DNA of 64,000 bases from Candidatus Poribacteria bacterium (lineage in GTDB: Bacteria; Poribacteria; WGA-4E; WGA-3G): contig OZ242029.1 of assembly GCA_965205015.1 (NCBI GenBank), positions 3,680,001-3,744,000 of the forward strand, given 5' to 3'. The notes below the pieces were generated by a model. That model was not told the DNA's origin and made no database searches. It was given only the letters and a program-made list of their open reading frames with translations. Made by a program: the position numbers and the translations under genes. Of this stretch, positions 49,712 to 59,054 are shown in pieces (positions within the stretch are counted from its first letter, which is position 1; every line of letters starts with the position of its first letter).

Positions 49712-50100
49712 GGGGCCACTTTGTAGTATAATCTTTAGATTGAGTCTCCTATGAACACGCATAAGAAATAAATCTGAGGAATGGAAGGATGGAAGATAGG
49801 AAGCATGGGGAACACCCTCTCCTTCTTCCACGCTTCCACTCTTCCAACCCATCTGAAACCTAAATATCGCTTGGGATGAGTATAGCCGTCTGGTGGCACT
49901 GGCTGAGAAGTGGAAGCAGTTGGGATGCTCGCACAAATGGTTGGATACACCCCGGAAAAATCGAGTGGCGTGTTTCCTTCGGTGGCACAGGAACAACGCT
50001 CTACGGCGTGAAGATAGGCTTGGAAAAGGCATGCCCGGGGCCCCTCGAAAACGGTACCCCAGAAACGTGTATTCTCCAAATATTTGCAAGGTATCAAATT

Positions 50101-50301
50101 ATGCCTGAATTCATCACTTCCCCAATATTTTTGATAATCGCAGCAATACTCGGCATATTTCTCCTAATCGCTATTATCAAGGGAGCGGTCCGCCTCTTCA
50201 TCTGGCTCGCGATTATTGCTGTGCTCCTTATCGGTCTCGGCATTACCACACAAACCGAGCTGCGCGAGTGGTTCGAGAATCTCCTCAAAAGTATACAGTG
50301 A
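50101..50301 (+). CDS. small two-TM membrane protein
   Basis: 66-aa hydrophobic ORF MPEFITSPIFLIIAAILG... Confidence 0.55.
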   Translation: MPEFITSPIFLIIAAILGIFLLIAIIKGAVRLFIWLAIIAVLLIGLGITTQTELREWFENLLKSIQ

Positions 50302-50340
50302 CGGGCGGTGCGACTCAGCGCGTCGTTCTTCATCCATCTC

Positions 50341-51320
50341 TCAATCCACCTCGCGATCGGATCTGATGCGGTAGTGTCCGTATCCAAACGCAGTGTGATG
50401 CCCGATATGCAGATGTTCACCGAGGCAAATAAACGGCAGAAAAGGTGCCAACTCGCCTTTAAACCGGATGTTACCCATGAATCCGTTCATCGGAACCCTT
50501 GCTTTCGCGCGGTGAGAGTAGCGCCCGCGCTGCAGCCACTGTAAACGGGATGTATGCCTGACGGACTGTGCCGCCTCGATTAAAGCGCGGGCATCTACCT
50601 CTGTATCCAAGTCTTCCTCACAATGAAAATAATTGAGGAAACGGATGCGCCGGAGCAGATTCCGGATGAGGTGTTCAAACGTCATAGTGCGTGCCCAGTG
50701 TCCGTTGATCTTGATACTCGTGAGTGTGAGAAACGCCAATTCAATCTCGTCCGTGACGTGCGGGGCGGCTTGCATCACATCGTCAAGTCGAAGAACGATG
50801 CCGTCATCTGTCAGCATCTCGGTCTCCGCTGTGAAAATTGTCTGAGGTTGATCGCTACCGCGCCCAGGCAGGCTTTCGACGCGAGTGAGTTGACACTGCC
50901 CGCGTTTGTCCTGGAGTCCGATCCTGCGTTTCCCCATCTGATCAAAGGTAAACACCATCCACGGTAACAGATGGATTGCCTCACCGATGAGCGTCAAGTT
51001 GCAAGTGAAGGTATCGCCCGGTGCAAAGTCCGATTTCCCAGTGTGTGGGGGTTCAAGGATAAAGGGGTGTGGTGCATACGTTTGACCTCGGAGCATTGGA
51101 CTCTCGTCTGGGACAGGCGTTTCAAAGCATTTAGAATAGACGCACCGTTCTGGGAACTGGCACCGTTCCTCACATTCCTGTGTAGTGCCGACGCAGGTGA
51201 TGTGGCGCAGGATATACCCGAATCTTCCCCGGAATACGTTGCCTTTGTAGAACGGCATCTTCAGCGGTTCTTGGACGGTGTAAGTGAAGCGGTAACGTGC
51301 AAAGCGAAAGTTTTGAGCAT
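50341..51320 (-). CDS. cas6: CRISPR pre-crRNA endoribonuclease Cas6 (apparent 1-nt frameshift in the first codons)
   Basis: GNVFRGRFG, C-terminal G-loop LHIGHHTAFGYGHY. ATG at 51320 is out of frame with QNFRFARYRFTYTVQEPLKMP. Confidence 0.85.
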
Positions 51321-51327
51321 AGCGTAT

Positions 51328-52425
51328 TCACGCCCAACCGAAGGCAGTGCGGACGTATTGATGAAACCTTTGCTGGAGGTAATACCACATATCTTTTCCC
51401 CAGATTTCTAAAGATGGGCTTGAATGCCCTGTCTCTTCTTTCAATTCGGCTTGGATAAGCTGCTGTGCTTTTCGCGAAGCCCTGCACAACACGATGGCAC
51501 GTGCTTCAATACCGCCAAGTTGCCGCATCCGTAAAATAGCCTCCATCCCTTTTTGCTTCACCAGGGCGTGTTCCCGGGCAAGGGTGCATGAAACGACAAT
51601 GGTTTGGTATCCGAGTACTGCCACTACATCAAGTTCAAACGGTTTTACACTTGCGTCTGGGGCATCAGCTCGCCGGACATATACTTTATGGAAAAGTCTA
51701 TAGTTGTCTCGATCTGAGCACTGTCGAGAGATGTCTGCTAAAGCATGTTGAAAGGCAGCATACGCCCCATACTCAAGCAATTCGGGGCTCGTGAAATATC
51801 CGCTGCGGAGTGCTGCCCTACCCTGAGTCACCTGTTCAGCACTGAGGGTTCCGGGAGCAGGACAATTTCTCGTTCGATTGTTACCCGATTCATCCGAGTA
51901 ATCGTAAGGAAATGGCCCGAGTTCGAAACCGTTGAGTTCGGCAATCCGCCGCAAACATGGCTCGATTCCTTTACGAGTATCTGAGACTAAGGCATTTCCG
52001 TTCCGGTCCATGAGGGTTGCGCCTGCGTCGGCACGTGGATCCAGATAGGAGGTTTCTATATCCATATTTCGTGATAAAACCGAAACCTGAATATTTTCTG
52101 CTGCAGCGACGGTTTCAACGCACATCACCTTCGTACCACCGGTATAATGCACGTGAATGCAAGTGGTATTATCCGGTAGATTGTGTATGAGATTCTGGGT
52201 TATGTCGTCGCGTACGGTAGATGGATTTCCCGACACCGTTTCGACCGTGTCAATAGGGAATGCAGCGCGGCTATATTTCAGGAGTCGGTCTCGTTCGGGG
52301 CTTGTTTCTTTCGTATGCACAAGTCGTACATGGATAGGGTGTCGCAGGTTATATTTCAAATGGTGGAGAGCCACCCAGACAGGTAATGGATTGGTGCCAA
52401 CTGTTAGCATGAGGAGTGTTTCCAT
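51328..52425 (-). CDS. CARF + PD-(D/E)xK nuclease effector (Card1/Can2, DUF1887-like)
   Basis: LTVGTNPLP, VHYTGGTKVM, ELDVVAVLGY...VSCT...QLGG. Confidence 0.8.
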   Translation of the reverse strand: METLLMLTVGTNPLPVWVALHHLKYNLRHPIHVRLVHTKETSPERDRLLKYSRAAFPIDTVETVSGNPSTVRDDITQNLIHNLPDNTTCIHVHYTGGTKVMCVETVAAAENIQVSVLSRNMDIETSYLDPRADAGATLMDRNGNALVSDTRKGIEPCLRRIAELNGFELGPFPYDYSDESGNNRTRNCPAPGTLSAEQVTQGRAALRSGYFTSPELLEYGAYAAFQHALADISRQCSDRDNYRLFHKVYVRRADAPDASVKPFELDVVAVLGYQTIVVSCTLAREHALVKQKGMEAILRMRQLGGIEARAIVLCRASRKAQQLIQAELKEETGHSSPSLEIWGKDMWYYLQQRFHQYVRTAFGWA

Positions 52426-52485
52426 GAGAGCAGTTTCCTCCGTTTTCCTACAAATTTTTGCCTTTGGCTGCAACTGTTGTGCTTG

Positions 52486-52556
52486 TGTTGCGGTATCTTT
52501 AGTGGTTCTTGACGGTATAGGTGAAGCGGTAGTGTACAAAGTGAAAGTCTTGGAGC
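52486..52556 (-). pseudogene. degenerate duplicate of the cas6 5' end
   Basis: Reads LQDFHFVHYRFTYTV-EPLKIP, versus cas6 QNFRFARYRFTYTVQEPLKMP. Confidence 0.75.
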
Positions 52557-52867
52557 CTGATAAAAATCTATAAACCGGATCAATCTAACCTACGCGACAC
52601 CATTTTGTCAGGACGTGGTTTTCGGTCAAAAGCGGACACACCTGTTCTTCGAGCGATGTGTTGGAATCTGCCGCTTCGCAACCGCCTTCTATCAACTTTG
52701 CTGCCGTGAATGTGCCTTGAAACCTTCATTTTTTTAGCATTTCATGTAGTGGAAAAGAGGATTTATGATTGTAATAATCTACCATGTGGTCCCAGTTATC
52801 TTGCCATTCTTGATAAACCGGATGTGACTTATCTTTTAAATCTTTTAAAGCACATGAAGAAAGCAAT

Positions 52868-53491
52868 TCACGGAATTACTCCGTTAATTTTACCTGTGTT
52901 ATCAACAGCAATAACCCTCAGTTTCACCTTTGCTCCAATTACACCAGGATAATAGGGACGTTCAAAGACAAGGACCCCACTCTCATCAATATCCAATTGA
53001 ACCGTTACCTTAAATCCTTCCTTTTTCAGAATCGTTGCGTTGACTCTATCACCGACTTTGACTTTCGGTTTTTCCGGTTCTTTTGGTGGCTGAGGTATTT
53101 GTGTCGAACGCTGTTTCGGTGTTTGCTGCTGTGCTTGTTGAGGACGTTGTTCCTCTACAGCCCGCTCAGGCTCGACGCGATAGTAACGCATCAACCGCAA
53201 ACTCCAACCGAGAATCGTCAGGATTTCACCGGTGTCGTTGACATCATGGAGGTGCGTTTCACAAGCTTCTTGGATATTCCGATAAAACCGCTGCGTCTGA
53301 CGGCTTCGGATGAGGGCGTTTCGTGTATTTGCCAACCGCTGAATGAGGGACATAAGCCGATTTTTCGCCTCACCTTCATCTTTGTGGTGTCTCATGAAAG
53401 CGACCACTTTACCGAGCTCATTCGGATCGGTGCCCCAGTCGACTAAATCAAAGGCGATGTCATGGGCAATTGACCACTGTTTTTTATCCAT
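52868..53491 (-). CDS. CRISPR-linked hypothetical: helical domain, Q/P linker, S1/OB-like tail
   Basis: Last gene of the effector operon; ILGWSLRLMRYY; KVKVGDRVNATIL...GAKVKLRVIAVD. Confidence 0.7.
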   Translation of the reverse strand: MDKKQWSIAHDIAFDLVDWGTDPNELGKVVAFMRHHKDEGEAKNRLMSLIQRLANTRNALIRSRQTQRFYRNIQEACETHLHDVNDTGEILTILGWSLRLMRYYRVEPERAVEEQRPQQAQQQTPKQRSTQIPQPPKEPEKPKVKVGDRVNATILKKEGFKVTVQLDIDESGVLVFERPYYPGVIGAKVKLRVIAVDNTGKINGVIP

Positions 53492-53503
53492 CGAGTACCT
53501 CCA

Positions 53504-54487
53504 TTAGTAAAGCCCAGAGGGGCAGTTGCGATCATTGGGATAGCGAAGGACTTGTGCGAGCTCTGTCAATAAATCCCGCTTGATGAGCGAATTTGCCGCT
53601 TGATTGGTGCATTCGCTCTTCCATACTTCCAATTGCTCACCTGTTCTCGCTGCCTCGGCTTGAACGTTCCAATCCAAGTAGCGATCACGAGTTTGTTCTT
53701 CAACTTGTATTTCATCCATCTGAACATCAATTGAACCGAAACAAATCGGCTTCGCTCCACCGATTTTGAGTTTAAACGGGTGGTCAGGATGATGCCCCAA
53801 TGCAGTAAAAAGTAACCCCCATTCTGACCTTTTCAGATTATCTACTTGGATAACAAAACGAAATTTTGAACCCTTTTTACACGCTTCGACGGGGGTTTCA
53901 CCAGAAGTTACCTCTCCGTGCATGTAAAACTTGCGTCCCGGAATATCCCGCATTCTCCGTTGATAACGCCCTGGTGCATAAAGTTCTGGCACAAATTCTG
54001 TGCCGATTTCTCCTTCAATGTGAGGAGCATCCTGTATCGCGATATTCCCTTGAAATCCCATCGCGCCAAACATTCTGCACGCCACACACAACCTGTTTTT
54101 TTGACGACACTCTGCAAAATCTCTCGGTACTGATCGGCGAATGCGATTGGAAACTTTGCAGACACAACTCTCCGAAATCGCTTCGGCGACACTTCGAATA
54201 GCCCCTTTAAGGGAACTACCGGGAATCACAATATTTCCGCCAGTTCGGACTGCCGTTTTGATGAGTTCTACATTTTGCCCGATGTCTATGATGCCGCTAC
54301 CAATATGGATTGGTGATAGTGCCTCAATTGTTCCATGAATCTGACCTGATATGTGATCCGCGTGATATTGGTCATGTCCGGTTGGATGTTTTTTATCAAT
54401 GCGTTTGGGAAGCGGTATGTATGCAAAAGGCTTTGGTGCGGCTTGCTCTCGATTTCTGCTCTGTTTACTGCGTTGGTATTGTCCCAT
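53504..54487 (-). CDS. cas7: Cas7-group RAMP (Csm5-like)
   Basis: LSPIHIGSG, IPGSSLKGAIRS, CVACRMFG, GRKFY, KIGGAKPICFG. Confidence 0.85.
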   Translation of the reverse strand: MGQYQRSKQSRNREQAAPKPFAYIPLPKRIDKKHPTGHDQYHADHISGQIHGTIEALSPIHIGSGIIDIGQNVELIKTAVRTGGNIVIPGSSLKGAIRSVAEAISESCVCKVSNRIRRSVPRDFAECRQKNRLCVACRMFGAMGFQGNIAIQDAPHIEGEIGTEFVPELYAPGRYQRRMRDIPGRKFYMHGEVTSGETPVEACKKGSKFRFVIQVDNLKRSEWGLLFTALGHHPDHPFKLKIGGAKPICFGSIDVQMDEIQVEEQTRDRYLDWNVQAEAARTGEQLEVWKSECTNQAANSLIKRDLLTELAQVLRYPNDRNCPSGLY

Positions 54488-54499
54488 GTTCCATACTCC

Positions 54500-54985
54500 T
54501 TATCTTTCAACAAATTCCGTATATCGCGTGAATCGGATGGCCTGCGACTTAAGGTCCCTATACTGAATTATCCTAACCTTTGGAAACTTACACCAATCCA
54601 TTGGGTAGTCAAGTTCTCGAGGGATTCGCGTGTCTCGCCAAGGTTTTGTTTCACCACCCCCGAGTAGAAAAACTTTCTGCGGCGCGCTTGTTTCCCATTT
54701 ACCTTGTCCAGTGAATCCTTCTGGCAGGAATCCCTCAGACAGCCAAAGCAACACATAACCATCCGCAGTTTTTTGCCAACGGATCTCGCGTTTTTTATCA
54801 AACAACCTGCCGTGTGTATATTTTTCGATTTTTGCTGCATTTGGAATGCCTTTTTTCCAATCGGTGATTCTATTCGGACGTTGGAGCAGATAGTATGACA
54901 ACTCATTAAATTGTATACTTGTCAATAGTTCATTAAGTGCCGAAACATCAGATACACGTGCTGTTGCAACAATTGCTTTTCCCAC
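54500..54985 (-). CDS. csx19: Csx19-like type III-D subunit
   Basis: GRLFDKKREIRWQK...RFTRY; GTG start after AAGGAG; position between the RAMP genes. Confidence 0.7.
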   Translation of the reverse strand: MGKAIVATARVSDVSALNELLTSIQFNELSYYLLQRPNRITDWKKGIPNAAKIEKYTHGRLFDKKREIRWQKTADGYVLLWLSEGFLPEGFTGQGKWETSAPQKVFLLGGGETKPWRDTRIPRELDYPMDWCKFPKVRIIQYRDLKSQAIRFTRYTEFVER

Positions 54986-54989
54986 TTGG

Positions 54990-55919
54990 TTATTCTCCTT
55001 CGATCCTGTTTCGCCATGAACCGACACATTCACGCCACAGCGCGGTGAGGTCGTCCGATTCCTCAAAAGATAGTGTGGCACCGAGTCCATAGTCATCTGC
55101 TTGGGCCTGAACGTTCGTATTGACAGAATCAGGGTTGGAAAACCCGTAAGCCTCCGCATCCCCCGCATCATTGACAAGTTGCCCAGCTCCGACAACAATA
55201 TTGTTGTCAAATGGAGCAATTTGATTCCCTACCGGACGCAATTGATTATTTTCAACAACCATTGTCGGATAATAAATTGTGACCCGATTGATTTTCATGT
55301 TCACCTGTCCTAAACCGCGGGATTTTGCGAAACCGATACCGATACGCTGCTCGTCAAAATCGCGGATGGCGAGTGCAATAAGTGCCAGTTGTGCAATTGT
55401 AAAGTTTTTTACACGAATTGTCGTCTTAAAAGCACCTGCTGTAATAACCTCAAAATTGAATGGACCGACTGCAACTGAACCGAAGACACGGTCAATGGCA
55501 ACACCATTTCGCTCTTCTCGGCGAATCTCTCCCGGGTTGACAGGATACGCATCCTCAATACGGGCATGTGCTGAGATTTCTGTGCTGCCAAAAATTTGGC
55601 AAACCGTACAGGTCTTTTTGTAGAGTGCAGCCCTGTTTTCTTCCGTCAAATTTCTACATGGTGAGTTCCTTTGCAATGGATCACATGCTGTTACGTTGCC
55701 ACCGACCGTCCGCACAATACGTTCACAATGGGCGCGGATCGCACCTTTCAACGAGGAACCCGGAAGATAAACGCTTCTATCACCTTCATGGTAGGTTTCA
55801 ACGAACTCCATATCTGGCTTGGTCGGGTCTGCCCCTTGGTCGCTTGCTTTGATAAGCAAGGGTCCGACGGGAGAGATCGTTATTTCAATAATGGCTTGGT
55901 TGACCATCCGTTTGTGCAT
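54990..55919 (-). CDS. cas7: Cas7-group RAMP (Csm3-like)
   Basis: YLPGSSLKGAIRAH, RNGVAIDRVFG, IGFAKSRGLG. Confidence 0.9.
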   Translation of the reverse strand: MHKRMVNQAIIEITISPVGPLLIKASDQGADPTKPDMEFVETYHEGDRSVYLPGSSLKGAIRAHCERIVRTVGGNVTACDPLQRNSPCRNLTEENRAALYKKTCTVCQIFGSTEISAHARIEDAYPVNPGEIRREERNGVAIDRVFGSVAVGPFNFEVITAGAFKTTIRVKNFTIAQLALIALAIRDFDEQRIGIGFAKSRGLGQVNMKINRVTIYYPTMVVENNQLRPVGNQIAPFDNNIVVGAGQLVNDAGDAEAYGFSNPDSVNTNVQAQADDYGLGATLSFEESDDLTALWRECVGSWRNRIEGE

Positions 55920-56755
55920 TAGTTTCCCTCCAATTGATTATTAATTTTGGCTTGAAACGCATTTATCCAAGAGGCCCAGTCAGCATTTTCGCCTGCATAG
56001 TCTTCGGTCAAATACTTTATGATATTTGAACTGTCGATGTAGGTAGCAGTTTCAAGCGATAACTCAATTACGCCAAGTCCTCGGCTACTCCCGCCACCGA
56101 TCGTCAATTCGCCTTTCTCAAAAGCGGATAGACCGATGTAAAGCATACCGAGTTGCCAATCTTCAGCGTTATCAACGATTGCTTTAAAATCAAATAGGAC
56201 ACCTGCCGGGACGACTTCATAATCATAGAGTTTCCCCTCGGAAGCAGTTTCCGTATCTCGATCAATAGCGACTCCATCTCTTTGCTGATACTGGTCAAAC
56301 CAAATATCTGGTTGCACATGCAAGTCGCGGATTTGCAACTTAGAAGCGTACCACAACGATCCAAAAAGTTGGCACACCCAACAAGTATCCTTCAAAATTT
56401 TCTTGCTAAATTCTTGGTCTGTCCAGTTGTGCCGTTCCTGAGGATTTTTAAGTCCTGCCTCTCGTTTTTTTCGCAAATCTTGCATATTACTTCGGTTGAT
56501 ACACTGTTTGTCGTCATCAACAGGATTACAAACGATGTGTTTGTCATTTGTAAAACTCCGCAGCACACTTTCGACGTAAGACCGCAGCACGCCCTTAAAA
56601 CTTGAACCCGGGATATAAGGAAATCCCGCTGTATCCCGGACAACAGGAAGATCAGAGCCGACAACTGCTGTGGAACGACCAGCACCGATACGAATTGCTG
56701 TTAACGTTTCCACCTCGCCAGACAAATTGAGCCGAGATCGGAATTTATTAAACAT
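55919..56755 (-). CDS. cas7: Cas7-group RAMP (Csm3/Csx7-like)
   Basis: TAIRIGAG, SDLPVVRD, YIPGSSFKGVLRS, DGVAIDRDT, IGGGSSRGLG. Confidence 0.9.
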   Translation of the reverse strand: MFNKFRSRLNLSGEVETLTAIRIGAGRSTAVVGSDLPVVRDTAGFPYIPGSSFKGVLRSYVESVLRSFTNDKHIVCNPVDDDKQCINRSNMQDLRKKREAGLKNPQERHNWTDQEFSKKILKDTCWVCQLFGSLWYASKLQIRDLHVQPDIWFDQYQQRDGVAIDRDTETASEGKLYDYEVVPAGVLFDFKAIVDNAEDWQLGMLYIGLSAFEKGELTIGGGSSRGLGVIELSLETATYIDSSNIIKYLTEDYAGENADWASWINAFQAKINNQLEGN

Positions 56756-57225
56756 TAGTTGTTTCTCCTTTCGTTTGCCAGAAAAACTTGATACCGTGCC
56801 AGGTTGCCCAAGTAAAGCTGCATGAGACGTAAGTGAACTTGTTGAATCCGATCTTTACCCGAATCCGTGGATGGATCTTCACCTATTGATTGGACAATAT
56901 TCTCAGCATCTTCACCTAATGTTTCGATCTCTTTAACTAATGCAACGGCAAAACTTATGTCGCCCCCACCAGTGTCGCTCCACATCCGGTTCGCACCGCT
57001 CCGACCAAGTTGATAACGGATATAGTTCTTGGTAACCTCAATCCCACTTCCGGGTTCTGTTGCCACATTCAAGACATTCCGAAATGGTGAACGTTCGTTT
57101 CGGAGATTATAGCTTTTCGCCAATTCCTGCATCTTTGGAATAAGTATTTCCATCTGCAAACCAATTTCCCGCTCTATTATCAGATTTTTCTGTTTTTCAG
57201 TGGCAACTTGCTCTGTTTGGCTCAT
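56755..57225 (-). CDS. cas11: Cas11 small subunit (Csm2-like)
   Basis: Small helical protein with NYIRYQLGR...W and LYLGNLAR; operon position. Confidence 0.7.
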   Translation of the reverse strand: MSQTEQVATEKQKNLIIEREIGLQMEILIPKMQELAKSYNLRNERSPFRNVLNVATEPGSGIEVTKNYIRYQLGRSGANRMWSDTGGGDISFAVALVKEIETLGEDAENIVQSIGEDPSTDSGKDRIQQVHLRLMQLYLGNLARYQVFLANERRNN

Positions 57226-59054
57226 TCTGCTTCCTCCTTGTTTTCTGATTTGACTTTATCTTTCATTTGAAGATGGAACCGGTCACAAATCAATATTTGT
57301 CCGAATCCCTCTTCACGTCGATTGCCGATGCCGATACTTTCGAGTGTTTGCAGTTCAGGCAGCCAAGTGTCAATGTCTGGCGTATGAAATACAAAGACAC
57401 TTCCCATACGAGTGCCAAGGTCTACTTCTTTTGGCAACCCCCATACCGCGTTCCACCCACTGACATAATCGTAACTCGCAAAACTGCGAATGAGTGTTAC
57501 CTCAGCCTTACAATCTGCTATCTTTTGAAGCATCGGTGCAGTGAGAACCATGCTCCGTTGCCACCCATCTTCTGCTGTCAGGATGGTATCGGATTGCAAA
57601 TTAACACTGAAGTAAGTGCCCTTGAAAGCATCCATTTCGACAGTTGATAAGTGATGGTAAGCCCCCCATAACCGTTTCAACTCTTCGTTAAATTCAGAAA
57701 TACGTTCTTCTAACGAATCTCGGTCTGAAGGTTTCGTCACCTTTACGCGAATCTGTCCAAGTCCTCGGGATGTGCCGCCGCCGAGCCGCCGAACCTGCTT
57801 CTGCAAGGTATCAGCAACCTGACTTACGAGATCCGATGGAACTCGTGCGGAACCTTGCAAAGTCCCTTCTTTTTCATCTGCTGTTAACGGATCAACGGCT
57901 GTGAGGTGATAAAGTAGTTCATCCTCAGCCACTTTACGCTGTCGGTTGATTGCGACTCGGGTAAGCAATCGTGTGTTTAAGGCTCGCCTTTCATAAGATG
58001 TCCCAACATGCTCATAAAATCCGCCTTGTGATTCAACCCGTCCACTGCAGCATGGACAATTGGGCTGATACATCGATTCTGCCTTTTCTGAAACGATTCT
58101 CTCAAGAAGTGTGTCGAAAATTCCGTGTTTATCTTCATCTCCCTCTTTCAAAAATCCAGAAAAATCCTTACAACCTACAGCTGTTGCGGGTAGGACTTTT
58201 GAACCCGGATAACAGTTTCGGAAGATTCCAGCATCTTCATTGAGAAACAATTGTTGAAAATCAGCGTCAGGTTCGCTATTCTCCGAATCTGCCCGCCATA
58301 CCTTTGCAATCGCACCGCGTATTAATCCTCCGCGAATATATTGAACTGCCTCGGCTGCCTGTCCGGTAGGTTTGCGTCCACCCGGGAGAAGAGGCGATTT
58401 CAGCGTGATTTTGATCTGTAACTCAGTGAAATCACCTGGGTCTGATTTTATCGATGAAACTGTTGGCGGTCTCATCTCAAGTTCTTCTCGTTCAATATTC
58501 AGCCAACCGAGTCCACGAGATTTTCCAGTGCCTACCGCATGAATATAGTTGAGTCCTGCCCGTAGCAATTTAAGCTGATCATTTGTGATTCCACCATCAA
58601 TCGTCACATTTCCAGAGAATTCAATACCGGCATTTGCCAAACTCGTCTCGATAAAATAGAGGCGTTGGTCCTCTGCGACTCGCCGCCGCCGATTGATAGT
58701 CACGCCGTTCCGAATTTCTGTTGATTCTACTACTAAATCTGTAGTCATCACCAAATCATCGATAAAAATTCTTGATTCTTGATCCGGCGCACCAAAGATC
58801 TGACAGATAACGCAGTGGTCAATTCTGCACATCGTCTCGGCACGTGGACTGTTGCACACATGTTTACCTTCCCCTCTTGCAATTGCCTCACAAGCGTGCC
58901 GCCAGATACCTTTCAGAGTTGAAGCAGGGATGTAAAGCTTCCCATCACTGGTTTTAACCGTAGACTTGTCGGCACGGATTTCACTTGAGCCGCTATCACC
59001 GATGCAGAGCGCGGTATCAATCGTCGCTGTAATTCGCCACCGTTTTTCAGTCAC
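57222..59054 (-). CDS. csx10: Cas7-Cas5 (Csx10-like) RAMP fusion
   Basis: N-part YIPASTLKGIWRH...VGTGKSRGLG; C-part YIRGGLIRGAIA...LGGGTSRGLG...IGNRREEGFG. GTG start at 59054. Confidence 0.8.
   Translation of the reverse strand: MTEKRWRITATIDTALCIGDSGSSEIRADKSTVKTSDGKLYIPASTLKGIWRHACEAIARGEGKHVCNSPRAETMCRIDHCVICQIFGAPDQESRIFIDDLVMTTDLVVESTEIRNGVTINRRRRVAEDQRLYFIETSLANAGIEFSGNVTIDGGITNDQLKLLRAGLNYIHAVGTGKSRGLGWLNIEREELEMRPPTVSSIKSDPGDFTELQIKITLKSPLLPGGRKPTGQAAEAVQYIRGGLIRGAIAKVWRADSENSEPDADFQQLFLNEDAGIFRNCYPGSKVLPATAVGCKDFSGFLKEGDEDKHGIFDTLLERIVSEKAESMYQPNCPCCSGRVESQGGFYEHVGTSYERRALNTRLLTRVAINRQRKVAEDELLYHLTAVDPLTADEKEGTLQGSARVPSDLVSQVADTLQKQVRRLGGGTSRGLGQIRVKVTKPSDRDSLEERISEFNEELKRLWGAYHHLSTVEMDAFKGTYFSVNLQSDTILTAEDGWQRSMVLTAPMLQKIADCKAEVTLIRSFASYDYVSGWNAVWGLPKEVDLGTRMGSVFVFHTPDIDTWLPELQTLESIGIGNRREEGFGQILICDRFHLQMKDKVKSENKEEAE

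Noticed and set aside
49860-50100. Possible gene fragment upstream of the small membrane ORF
   Set aside because: No recognisable motif in any frame.
54986-55219. N-terminal extension of the 54500-55219 ORF
   Set aside because: It overlaps cas7; the real start is probably GTG 54985 with an RBS.
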